This document shows positions 1-13,764 of a stretch of 64,000 nucleotides of DNA, piece after piece (the first letter of the stretch is position 1; each line of letters starts with the position of its first letter). This DNA comes from the human T2T-CHM13v2.0 reference genome, Homo sapiens. The position numbers were made by a program, and so were the translations under genes. Where the stretch lies: the NCBI RefSeq assembly GCF_009914755.1, contig NC_060925.1, one strand, 5' to 3'. Below the pieces are notes generated by a model. It saw only the letters and a list, made by a program, of their open reading frames with translations. It searched no databases and was not told the origin of the DNA.

Positions 1-274
<274 letters not shown>

Positions 275-731
275 TTACATTTATTTGATCCCCTATGATC
301 TTATTGATTTAATTATTTAATAAAGAATATTTTTAACCATTTTAAAAGCAGAAGTGAAGTAGTATTTATCCAAGTTATGAAACCTGATCAAATGTGAATT
401 TAGACTCATGACTTACATATTTAAAAGTATTTTCTGCGCTGCAAAGCATTTCATAAATATTATTGTTGTTTTAATATCCAAACCATATGATTGCTGAATA
501 TTTTTATTATAATTCCTAAACAAATGAGCACTGGAAGTGTTTGAGTATGTCCAAAAGACCCCATTTTAATACTGGTCGAGTTACTGACATGGAGAATGTA
601 ATATTTTATTCTGTTTTGATGTTTTCTCTTACATCAGACAATAGCAAGTTTTTTCTTAAAGTATTTCTACTAATGAATAAAAAAATATGTCCCTATAGCA
701 GCTCTTACTGTATTAAAAAATTAAAGAATTT

Positions 732-1008
732 GGCCAGATGTGGTGGCTCACATGTGTGACCCCAGCACTTTGGGAGGCCGAGGTGGGGGGCCACTTGAGG
801 CCAGGAGTTTGAGATCAGCCTGGGTAACATAGTGAGACCCCTTGTCTACCAAAAAATTAAAAACTTAGTGGGTGTGGTGGCACACACCTGTAGTCCCAGC
901 TACTCAGGAGGCTTAGGTGGGAGAATTGCTTGAGCCCAGGAGTTTGAGACTGTAGTGAGCCATAATTGTGCCCTGTACTCCAGCCTAAGTGATAAAGCAA
1001 TATCTTGC
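732..1008 (+). mobile_element. Alu (J-like)
   Basis: ggccagatgtggtggctcac start, two arms. Confidence 0.9.
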
Positions 1009-1254
1009 CATTTAAATGGCTATTTCTCTCAAATTTTGCATCAAAAAAGAAAAATCCTTGAAATAAGCAGTAATTTAAATTTTTTCGTATGCTTTAGCTC
1101 TTAGGTGGATATAAACTTTTGAAAACTTTCTTCTTCCTTGTGACTTGAGAAGTATAAGTTAATAGAGAGTTTAATAATGAAGCCATAAGTAAATGGATGT
1201 TGTTTGTCATTGCCCTTGAATAATTTTGAAAATTTACATTTTCATATTGGTTAA

Positions 1255-1404
<150 letters not shown>

Positions 1405-1653
1405 TAAGTTTAATCCAACTTTTCATTTTGGAGGCTCCTAATGAAATGCTTAGTTGGAAGGAAATAACTGGATTAGAGGACTTTAGCAAATAAGGGGGGA
1501 AAGAGCAGACTTGGAGTGTCTTGGGTCTCCCTTTCTGTTTCCCCAATCTCTCTTCAGTGGTGAGATCGTCCAAAGATGGAAATGAGGTTGTTAGCCATAG
1601 AAGCTTCCTCATGGTGATTTTACTAACCATGCACCTCACATTTTATTTTTCAG

Positions 1654-1842
1654 CGTTATGTTGCCCTGAACCAAAGCTAAATAATGGTGAAATCACTCAA
1701 CACAGGAAAAGTCGTCCTGCCAATCACTGTGTTTATTTCTATGGAGATGAGATTTCATTTTCATGTCATGAGACCAGTAGGTTTTCAGCTATATGCCAAG
1801 GAGATGGCACGTGGAGTCCCCGAACACCATCATGTGGAGACA
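1654..1842 (+). CDS. C4BPA: C4BPA coding exon, CCP6 (sushi) domain
   Basis: cag|CG..CA|gtaag, 189 nt, phase 1-1; encodes ALCCPEPKLNNGEITQHRKSRPANHCVYFYGDEISFSC...WSPRTPSCGD, matching C4BP alpha. Confidence 0.97.
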
Positions 1843-2304
1843 GTAAGAGTTCATAGAATTATCTTATTCTGGGAGTTTCTTCATATCAGTGTGATGGAGA
1901 TTATTAAGAGAAGGTTTAAAATTAGGTAAAAAAATTCATATACCTTGCATGATTCTTGGAATGGGTCCAACTTTCTCCTTCTTCCTCATTGTGTGTTCCC
2001 TTTCTTTTGGCCTCTTCAGTTTCCTCTTTTCTGAATCAGTGAAAATAGACAACATGTAATAAATAAGCTGGACTTTTCAAGTTATGTGTTTTTGTTTCTT
2101 TGTATTATTCTCTTTCTTCCCTTATTTCTGGTCCATATGTCTCAATCTGCAGAAGAAGAACTGTCGAAATCTATTGAATCTGCCTTTCTGAACTTGTTTC
2201 CTTCTTCTTCCTCAAACAGCAGCCTTCTGTTACCTCTGAGCCCTCCAGTCAGACCATCACCCAGTGTAGAATGCCTCCTTCTGCTTCTCCAAAAGGCTCA
2301 AGTG

Positions 2305-2603
2305 GGCCAGGCATGGTGGCTCACACCTGTAATCCCAGCACTTTGGGAGGCTGAGGTGGGGAGATCACCTGAGGTCAGGAGTTCAAGACTAGCCTGGCCA
2401 ATATGGCGAAACCTGGTCTCTGTTAAAAATACAAAAAATTAGCCAGGCATGGTGGCGTGGGCCTGTAGTCCCAGCTACTCAGGAGGCTGAGGCAGGAGAA
2501 TCACTTGACCTCGGGAGGCGGAGGTTGCAGTGAGCCGAGATCACGCCACTGCATTCCAGCCTGGGCTACAGAGCGAGAATTTGTCCCAAAAAGAAAAAAA
2601 AAA
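2305..2603 (+). mobile_element. AluS
   Basis: Full length; TSD aaaaggctcaagtg 2291-2304 and 2600-2613. Confidence 0.95.
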
Positions 2604-3927
2604 GGCTCAAGTGTTAATGCATTCCACCCTCCTCCCTGTGCTTGATATCTCTATCTAGCAATGGTGAGGGCTCATTACCCCTATTAGGAGCCCAAAGTGA
2701 TCAGGCATTAGTTGCAGCTTATCCATCAATAGGAAAATTCCTATCTCCCACTTGTAGAAATGTTCCCACTTTGCCAACCAGGTCTTTTAAACCTGCAGGT
2801 CCCAGAGCTTCAGAGATGTGAAGCACAAATTTCCCAAGTAGGTCACTTAGACTGGTAGCCAATGGGGCCACTCATGCTTCCATCCCCTGGTTCCTGGACC
2901 CATGCATTTATTTTACTGGGGACCCAGAGCCATATAAAAGTCGATATGATTCAAAATAAATACAGCATTTTGGAAGATAGTATCCCATCACTGTCAAGCA
3001 TTGCCTCCCAGCTGGCACTTCAACTGTGCCTTTAATAGGCCATTCAGTGTTTTCACAGGTTGGCAGGTTCTGAATGATGCAGTATGTGATTTGAGTAGTG
3101 GATTCCATGAGCATGGTCCCAACAACACACCTTCTTTGCTGTGAGTGGGTTTTCTAGTTGGATGTAGTGGATCCTATGCCAATGCCAATTGTTCAGACAC
3201 TCTATAACCCTTAAGATGACCGTGCTGACTGAGGTTCTGCAAGGAAGAAAGGCAAACCCATGCCTGCAATATTTGTCTAGTTCTATCAGAATACACTTCT
3301 CTTCCTTTCATGGTAGAAGAGGTCCAATGTAGTCAACTTGCTAGGAAGTGGCTTTTTGGTTGCCTCAAGTGATGGTATCATACTAGGGACTTAGCATTGT
3401 TGTTGGCACGTTGGAGATTCAGTGACAACAGTGAGCCTTGGTGAGTGGGAGCCCATGCTGTTGGGCCCATGCTTGTCTTCCATGCATGCCACCACAACCA
3501 CTCTGCTCCTCTTCCTCTTGTGCCAGCACCCATGAGGCCAATAACAGAGAATGGCTTACTTCAACTGGCTGAGACTTTTTTACTTGGTTGTTTAATACCT
3601 TTTCTACTGGGGATGCTCTGGTGTTAACACACAAAATAAAGATCTTCACACTTCCTGCCCACTCTCATATGTCCACTTACCTGCTCCTACCCCAGATCTC
3701 TTTGTGCCCAATCTTCCAATCTTTCTTCTTACAGGACTAGGACCTTGACCAGACAAGCCATTCATTCCATGCCCTGAATCCTAATTTAGCCTATCCTTAG
3801 GCCACTTTCTTTGGGTGCACCATCTATAGCACTTTCTTTCAGGAAGATTACCCCTTACAAATTGTCTTTCAGGACTGACCTTGATTGGGCTGTAATGCAG
3901 CTTCCATTCATTTTAGCTTGTACACAC

Positions 3928-4498
3928 CAAAGGAGTGAAGGGCATGCCATTTCAAAATATGCTGAATTGGTATGTTGAATATTTCAAGTGGAAAACATTA
4001 GAGGAATTGGAGTTTCAGAAAGGGCTAGCTGTCCTGTCTCTTTTTGCATGCACGAGCCATAAAGATTGCTCTGGGAACAGTACCCTCCCCCTACTAGAGC
4101 AAGAAAATCACCCTCATCACCAGAGACTGGGAATTAGGGGCTGCAGTGGACCTGAATACTAAACTTCCCAAAGTAGTTTTTATCTTCCACTAGTTTTACA
4201 GCCCCTCCCTATACATCTCTTAGTGACTCTCCTAGAAATTTATTGCTCCTAGCCAAATCCTCTTTGTCCTGTCATTTCTTCTTAAATTTATTGTTCTTTG
4301 TTTACAAAGTATAAAATATCTTGCTTTGGCCACTTCTTCAGACTTTACCCTCTTGGGAAGATCCCCATGTATGTATAAAATTTGTGTGCTTTTCCCTTGT
4401 TAATCTACCTAGTGTCAATTTGATTTCTAGATCCAGCCGAAGAGCCCACATAAGAGCTAAGGGGATTAGGGGTGGAGGTGATCTCTCACTTCTCTACA
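3928..4498 (+). mobile_element. ERV1-class solo LTR (MER34/MER39-like)
   Basis: aaggag..atgccatttcaaaatatgc start, TATA/poly(A) region, ends CTACA; subfamily uncertain. Confidence 0.6.
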
Positions 4499-4506
4499 AC
4501 ACATAC

Positions 4507-5356
<850 letters not shown>

Positions 5357-8355
5357 ATACCAAAAATATTTATCTGTGAACCACGTTCAGAGTTTTCCCC
5401 ATCCGGACAGTTTGGTTATACTGGATAACTGGTATAGCCACAACTGTGAGCTAAAGAAGAGGCACTCCTGCCATAGTGGCTGGGCACAGGTAGGAATTGG
5501 GTTTTCTGTTTGTGCAGCTTGCCTGTGCCACCTTTTACTGCCCATGCTCAATCCCAGATGCTCTACTTCCATCTTATAATGAATGGTTGCCTGCTTATAA
5601 CCTGATGGGTCTGACAGACTTGGCTTATGATGGGTGATTCTGGCTGCATGATCACTTGATGACCCAATGTTGGGAGCTTTCTCTATCAGGACCTGGTAGC
5701 ATGCCAAGAGTTATATTTCAGAAAGCATACAGTCCTCTACTGCAGTGCATGGCCTTGCTTCAGGATCTCAAGGATCTATGGTGTAACTGTCCTGTTGACA
5801 TTTACATCTTTTCCTACTACAACCACCTTCAAATACACTAGGTTCTGCTGGGTCCTAAGGCTCAAGCAACAGGATAATTTCACTGCAGACTAGACCTGCT
5901 GTTAAGCACTTTCCTAACATGGGCCCCGCTCAAACCTGGCAATCATTTGTCCCCCCTAGCCTATGGGTTGGAGCAGTAACCCCAGTATGAATTATGCTGC
6001 CTCTAGAATCTGAAAAGTCCTATTTAGGTGCTGTACTGCATTCTTCAGAGTGGGATGTGCAATTTGCAATAATTTGACTTTAGTTTGGATGGGATATCTT
6101 AGTGTTCCCTGAACCTTGGACCTCTGAAAATTTTATTGATGTGGCAAACACCTGACTCTATTTTTTATTGTATTTTTTTACTTTGGAGCATCATCATGCT
6201 AATACCTCTTGCTTATCTGGGGGAATTAACATGATGCCATTGATATATTGGATCAATGTCATGTTCTGTGGATATCCAGACGGTCAAGATATATTCAGAC
6301 TCTATTATGACATGGGCAAGAGGGTTATCATAGCCCAAAACCTGCAAATGTACACTCCTCACACCTTCCATGTATATGCAAACTGTTTCTGCTAGGAAAG
6401 GAAAGAAGGGCCTCTGCTGAATCAGTGACCTCGTTTACTTGAAGCCACATTAATCTGCCCTAGCAAAGATACCACATCTGGTGCAATGGCTGCAATAGGA
6501 ACTAAAATGTGGTGTCTTTTTTTCAGTGGTATACTGTAGTTCTTCAGAATCCTTCTAATTTTTGTAGTAGACAGATAAGAATTTAATGGAAATATCACAG
6601 GGATGACCACTCCCATGTCTTTAGCTATTTGAACGGCACTAATTTTCATGTTTCTCTCCCACCCCTGGGAGATATTGTGGTGGTGTTTTTTTCTTTAAAT
6701 TTACTTTATTTGCCTTGGGGAGAGGGTGAGATGGGTGGACAGTAGCAATTGCTTTCACTTGGTCTTCCTGCATAAGATGGCTCTTACCCCGCAGGTCAAG
6801 AACCCAATATAGGGGCTGGGCCAACTACCAATTTTGTCTATTCTGACTATACGTTCAAGGATAAGGTAGATGACCACAAACTGGTCTAATAGGAGAGCTA
6901 TAATGGTTCCAGGTATCAATGTCAACTCAAGCCCTGTGTGCAATAATTTTTGAATTATTGTACCTCTTTTATCAGTGCAGTTACCTACGTAAATAAACAT
7001 AGGTCCTCTTGGAGGACTGGCAGATTCATTACTGTGCAAACCTTCCAAGATTTTGTAGCATCTTCACTCCTGGCAACTGGCTTCATCTTCAATTAATGAT
7101 TACCAGGCTGGAAAACTGTCCTAGGTTTATATATTGGGCAAAGGATTGTGACTTTTTATTGGGCCAAATGCTGTTGGTCCCTTGATCATCCATCCTTAAT
7201 TTCTTTTGATGGTACAAATAAAGTGTATATTGTTGTTGGCTGCTCATCTGTTTTCACCCCTAAGAATGCTATGGTTTAATCTTCATAACTCTCAGGCACC
7301 CCTGGTTGCCTCTCTGACCTTGCAATTCATTATAATGGTTGCATTTATTTAGCTTCTGAGGCATATGAGCAGCTTTCTGACTGCTATGGCTATCAGTGAA
7401 CCTTTTTCATTAATGACCTTTTTTGTCATCAGCTCCAGCATTTGATGCTGGTTCTCCTCTTTTCAGGGAATTCCTTATAGCTTTGGTAAATATTGTTCCC
7501 TCTAGGACTTCCCATGTGGCATAACTACCTGGTGCGTTTTTCAGTGTACACAAATGTCCACTCCAGCATGCTCACTTCCCTGAGTCATTTAATCCCTTCT
7601 TATACCATCTGCCATGGCAATCCCAGCATTTCAGTCTGACTTATTGTGGGCCATCAGCTTTTCCATGCTTCCAGGAGCATCTTATTGTAGTACTTATAAC
7701 TGCCATAGTCCACTGGTATAGTACTTTGTCCGACATTCCTGCTGCTCTGCTTTTTTTTTTTTTTTTAACTTTCTCATGCAGTGTTTGTGGACCTGATAGT
7801 GTTCCCTTTCAGAGAGGTGCTCTGCACCATGTCCTCTTGACTATTTCAATGTTCAAGTCACCATATTCATTTATCCAATGAGCTCTTTTCTATAGTTTTT
7901 TAAAATGCAATATTTTCTTCTTGGGCATGGATGGACAGTACTGATTGGGGAGCAATGACTCAGAGATTGTGGATGATATAACATCCTTACAGTTTCTCAC
8001 AGATGCAAATCTCTGCATTTAGCCTGAAAGTGACTAAGTGTACTATGAGTATGATATGACCTAAGGCTGAATTCAACCTTCATGCCAAAATGGCTCCTAA
8101 ACAATGGAAAGTTGAGTGAACTTGTCAATAAGATGAAGGAAAACCTAAGGGCTATATCTCGAGCCTTTCTATGGTTGCCCAGCTTGAGGCTTACAGGAGG
8201 AGAGCAGAAGTGTCTGGGTTTGGCTACGTGCTCTTACAGGCAGCGAGGATAGAAGGACAGAATGAAGCCTCCTACAAACTACATGTATTCTGCAATGTGC
8301 TACTTTATACACTTTACAAACTAATGCTCTCTCACTTTTTTGTCTCTCCCTCAAG

Positions 8356-8526
8356 TTTGCAATTTTCCTCCTAAAATTGCCCATGGGCATTATAAACAAT
8401 CTAGTTCATACAGCTTTTTCAAAGAAGAGATTATATATGAATGTGATAAAGGCTACATTCTGGTCGGACAGGCGAAACTCTCCTGCAGTTATTCACACTG
8501 GTCAGCTCCAGCCCCTCAATGTAAAG
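8356..8526 (+). CDS. C4BPA: C4BPA coding exon, CCP7
   Basis: aag|TT..G|gtaac, 171 nt; ICNFPPKIAHGHYKQSSSYSFFKEEIIYECDKGY...WSAPAPQCK. Confidence 0.97.
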
Positions 8527-9174
8527 GTAACTCCAGCTTCCTTTTCAGCTCAAGATTAAGTGGGTGGACGTGTCCTGAGAGCACTGAGAGCTAAGTTTCT
8601 TCCCTGTCAGAGGCAGCATGAAAACATTTGATTTGATTTATATTAAATAATCAATATATGCAAATGGTACCCAATGCAAAAACTACAAAGGGCACACACA
8701 AACATTAATCTCCTCCATTTCTTTCTCCCAATCACAAAATTCAGCCTTCTTGGGGCAGCCCATACCAGGTTTCTTGTATATTTCCAGAAATATTCTAAAA
8801 GTATCACATTTTATCTTAGTGTACCTGTGGCCTGTGGCAAAGTTTCCATAGAAACTTGCTCTAGTATGAATATAGGCTCCCCTGAGTGAATTCTAAATAT
8901 CATGAGTGACAGTTATTTCCACCAGAGTCTCGTGCAGGGCATGCACCACCTGCTATGATATAGATGGTGTGTGTTGGTGTGAGGGGTCAGGGAGGGTGAA
9001 GGGGGACTCGTAGTTTGCAGCAGTTGTGGGGACAGGAGGAGTTGAGATCAGGTCTGATTTTTACATGAATAGAAGTTTGCTGTCAACATGCATGACTTTG
9101 CTGTCAAAAACTTCAGTATTTATTTGCCATCATTGTTTCTTTTGTACACAGGAGAATAATAGTCAAGAAGGAAA

Positions 9175-9966
9175 TTTTTTTTATTATACTTTAAGTTCTG
9201 GATGACATGTACAGAACATGCAGTTTTGTTACAAAAGTATACATGTGCCCTGGTGGTTTGCTGCACCCATCAACCTGTCACCTACATTAGGTATTTCTCC
9301 TAATGTTATCTCTCCCCTTGCCCCCCACCCCCCGACAGGCCCCAGTGTGTGATGTTCCCCTCCCTGTGTCCATGTGTTCTCATTGTTCAACTCCCACTTA
9401 TGAGTGAGAACATGCAGTGTTTGGTTTTCTGATCTTGTGATAGCTTGCTGAGAATGATGGTTTCCAGCTTCATCCATGTCCCTGCAAAGGACATGAACTC
9501 ATTCTTTTTTGTGGCTGCATAGTATTCCATGGTGTATATGTGCCACAGTTTCTTAATCCAGTCTATCATTGATGGACATTTGGGTTGGTTCCAAGTCTTT
9601 GCTATTGTGAATAGTGCTGCAATAAACATACGTGTGCATGTGTCTTTATCATAGAATGATTTATAATCCTTTGGGTATATGCCCAGTAATGGGATTGCTG
9701 GGTCAAATGGTAATTCTAGTTCTAGATCCTTGAGAAATTGCCACACTGTTTTCCACAATGGTTGAACTAATTTACACTCCACCAACAGTGTAAAAGCATT
9801 CCTATTTTTCCACAACCTCTCCAGCATCTGTTGTTTCCTGACTTTTTAATGATCACCATCCTAACTGGTGTGAGATGTTATCTCATTGTGGTTTTGATTT
9901 GCATTTCTCTAATGACCAGTGATGATGAGTATTTTTTCATAGGTCTGTTGGCTGCATAAATGTCTG
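9175..9966 (-). mobile_element. L1PA 3' fragment
   Basis: ORF2 C-terminus plus 3'UTR; TSD caagaaggaaattttt 9164-9179 and 9967-9982. Confidence 0.95.
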
Positions 9967-10079
9967 CAAGAAGGAAATTTTTATACTTAGAATCTTGCAG
10001 CAATCAAAACTGTGAGTGACAGTTACCTCGTTAGTTGGGATTCTGGGGTCACATACCTTCTTTAGAAATATCCTGTCAT

Positions 10080-10740
10080 GGAAACAACATGCTGGAGAGG
10101 ATGTGGAGAAATAGGAACACTTTTACACTGTTGGTGGGAGTGTAAATTAGTTCAACCATTGTGGAAGACAGTGTGGCGATTCCTCAAGGATCTAGAACTA
10201 AAATACGATTTGACCCAGCAATCCCATTACTGGGTATATATGCAAAGGATTATAAATCATTCTACTATAAAGACACATGCACATGTATGTTTATTGCAGC
10301 ACTATTCACAGTAGCAAAGACTTGAGACCAACCCAAATGCCCATCAATGATAGACTGGATAAAGAAAATGTGGCACATATACACCATGGAATACTGTGCA
10401 GCCATAAAAAAGAATGAGTTCATGTCCTTTTCAGGGACATGGATGAAGCTGGAAACCATTATTCTCAGCAAACTAATGCAGGAACAGAAAACCAAACACC
10501 ACATGTTCTCACTCATAGGTGGGAGCTGAAAAATGAGAACACATGGACACAGGGAGGGGAACATCACACACTGGGGCCTGTCAGGGGGTGGGGGGCAAGG
10601 GGAGGGATAGCATTAGGAGAAATACCTAATGTAGATGATGGGTTGATGGGTGCAGTAAACCACCATGGCACATGCATACCTATGTAACAAACCTGTAGAT
10701 TCTGCACATGTATCCCAGAACTTAAAGTATAATAAAAAAA
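10080..10740 (+). mobile_element. L1PA 3' fragment
   Basis: ORF2 end, 3'UTR, A tail; TSD agaaatatNNtgtcat 10064-10079 and 10740-10755. Confidence 0.95.
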
Positions 10741-10774
10741 GAAATATGTTGTCATATTATATGAAAATGTTATT

Positions 10775-10932
10775 ACTTTGAGCAAGTGTCTTAATGTATC
10801 TCAGCTGTCTCTTAGATAAAATGGGAATAATAACAGTGCTCATTTCATAGGGCTGCCAGGAGACTTAAATGATAGCAACATAAAGTGCCTAGCAGAAGTC
10901 TGATAGGTAGTCATACTCAATAAAATGCTAAT
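10775..10932 (+). mobile_element. MIR
   Basis: taaaatgggaataataac..ctcatttcataggg..ctcaataaaatgcta core. Confidence 0.7.
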
Positions 10933-11066
10933 ATGAATGTTTTCAAATGAAGAGAAAGATAGAACAATTAGCAGAACTAAATACAGTTCATTCTTATTAT
11001 CCGAGACTGTTATCATGTCCTTCTTCATAGATTTACAGATTTCTTAAAAATATGTTTCCATTACAG

Positions 11067-11242
11067 CTCTGTGTCGGAAACCAGAATTAGTGAATGGAAG
11101 GTTGTCTGTGGATAAGGATCAGTATGTTGAGCCTGAAAATGTCACCATCCAATGTGATTCTGGCTATGGTGTGGTTGGTCCCCAAAGTATCACTTGCTCT
11201 GGGAACAGAACCTGGTACCCAGAGGTGCCCAAGTGTGAGTGG
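11067..11242 (+). CDS. C4BPA: C4BPA coding exon, CCP8
   Basis: cag|CT..TGG|gtaag, 176 nt; ALCRKPELVNGRLSVDKDQYVEPENVTIQCDSGY...WYPEVPKCEW. Confidence 0.97.
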
Positions 11243-11792
11243 GTAAGTGGCACAATTCAAGGAAGTTCTGTGCTGTCGACCCCTAAAAATGGTGGCATCC
11301 CCCAGAGCTCTGTACCACTCAACAATGGTGAAATCTGACTTGTCAGGATTCATTTCTGAGCCACTCCCACTCAAAGAAACTCTTTTTGTCTTGAAGCATT
11401 CTGGTAAGTTAGGGGTGGCAAGTTCTCCTGTTCTCACTTGAGAACAGGAAAAACTGAGCCCTTACAGAGCAGGGTTTCATAGACCCAGTAGTACTGATTT
11501 CTAGCCTAACTTTTGCTAAGCTATATAATATATTGTTGTTCCATTTCTGGATGGTCAGCAAAAACAGCCTCTGTTACCATGGGGGCCTTCTGGACAGCTG
11601 TCTCAGAACAGATCCATGTTCCCCTGGGGAAGACTGTGGTGGGACCCAAGTGATTTCTTGTTTTCCCAGCCTCAACCACCAGTCTGAGGTTGGTCTTGGT
11701 TCAATCCTGTAGTCCTTCCACTGTCAGGATCCACCCTCCTTTATGATTAGAAGAGAAGCTTCTCAATCACACCCACCACTTATATCTTTTAG

Positions 11793-11966
11793 GAGACCCC
11801 CGAAGGCTGTGAACAAGTGCTCACAGGCAAAAGACTCATGCAGTGTCTCCCAAACCCAGAGGATGTGAAAATGGCCCTGGAGGTATATAAGCTGTCTCTG
11901 GAAATTGAACAACTGGAACTACAGAGAGACAGCGCAAGACAATCCACTTTGGATAAAGAACTATAA
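11793..11966 (+). CDS. C4BPA: C4BPA terminal coding exon, oligomerisation domain
   Basis: tag|GAG; ETPEGCEQVLTGKRLMQCLPNPEDVKMALEVYKLSLEIEQLELQRDSARQSTLDKEL then TAA 11964-11966. Confidence 0.97.
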   Translation, partial: ETPEGCEQVLTGKRLMQCLPNPEDVKMALEVYKLSLEIEQLELQRDSARQSTLDKEL

Positions 11967-12212
11967 TTTTTCTCAAAAGAAGGAGGAAAAGGTGTCTTGC
12001 TGGCTTGCCTCTTGCAATTCAATACAGATCAGTTTAGCAAATCTACTGTCAATTTGGCAGTGATATTCATCATAATAAATATCTAGAAATGATAATTTGC
12101 TAAAGTTTAGTGCTTTGAGATTGTGAAATTATTAATCATCCTCTGTGTGGCTCATGTTTTTGCTTTTCAACACACAAAGCACAAATTTTTTTTCGATTAA
12201 AAATGTATGTAT
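11967..12212 (+). terminator. C4BPA: C4BPA 3'UTR with polyadenylation signals
   Basis: AATAAA 12074-12079 and ATTAAA 12196-12201, followed by T/GT-rich sequence. Confidence 0.75.
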
Positions 12213-12290
12213 AAAAAACTATTTTGTCTTTGTGGTCATTTAGGACTCTGTGAAATAAGCGTCCTTAAAAAACCCATAATATAAAGTTAA

Positions 12291-12648
<358 letters not shown>

Positions 12649-13323
12649 CATACTTGGGTTCTTATCGTGGACAGACTGCCTTTACTCCACAGTTTCATGT
12701 GTGCACAGCACTCATGTCCTCCCTGGTGAGGTTAAATGTCAACACACCCTCAAAGCCTCCCCCATTCTCCCGCTCTGGGGGAGTCACGCCTTCCCCTGAG
12801 CCCCTGTGCACGTTGTCTCTTTGACTCATGCCACATCTCCACTATTGCCTTCCATGAAGGAAGTTTGCTTTTGTGTCTGACTTCCTCATTCCAACCCCAG
12901 AGAAGGAACTTCGAAAGACAGATGAAGATGAAGCCCACATGTCAGTCCTCTGCATATTCTCAATTCTTCTATCTGATTTGGTCACCATTTTCCTTAATAT
13001 TAAGTTAAAACAGGTTGAGCAACTGCCCCACACAGGAAGAGATATCCCATATCAAACTTCCTTATATTTCTGGGTACTCTAGGAACTTTTATTCCTTTAA
13101 GTCATCACTTTTTCTGACTCTTGCTTCCTGTGCAGTCTCTTTCTCACTCTTATCTCAGCTCCTCTGGCTGTCTTTTCTCTCCCTGCACACAGAACTCTGG
13201 CCTTTTGAACATTGGCCTTTTTGGCTTAATTTTCCCAAAATTATGTGAAGGAAATGGCATTATGGCAGGCTTTCACTGAACTTTAGATGTAACAGAGGAG
13301 GTGGTGCTGTTGGAGAAACCCAC

Positions 13324-13764
13324 TGCTATAGTTTGAGTGTTTGTACCCTCCAAACTCATGTTGAAAGTAAATCCCCAATGTGGAACTATTGAAAGGTGGG
13401 GTTTTTAAGAGGTGACTGGTTCATGGGGGTTCTGTCCTGATGAATGGATTAAACCATTCATAGATGAATATTTTGTGTGCTAATGAGAAGAATGTGTTTT
13501 CGCAGCTGTTATCACAGAAGTGGGACTGGTGGCTTTATAAGAAGAGGAAGAGAGACCTGAGTTAGTATGCTCAGCCCCCTTGCCATGTAATGCCCTGTGC
13601 CACCTTGGGCCCCTGCAAAGTCCCCACCAAGAAGGTCCTCACCAGATGCTGAGCCGTGGCCTTGGATTTCCCAGCCTTGAGAATTGTAAAAAATAATTTT
13701 TTTTGTTTATAAATTACCCAGTTTCAGGTATTCTGTTATAAGCAACAGAAAATAGACTAAGACA
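13324..13764 (+). mobile_element. MST-family MaLR solo LTR
   Basis: tgctatagtttgagtgtttgtaccctccaaactcatgttgaa...gactaagaca. Confidence 0.85.

Noticed and set aside
9175-10740. Single twin-primed L1 inversion
   Set aside because: Two separate TSD pairs, two tails and overlapping L1 coordinates show two independent insertions
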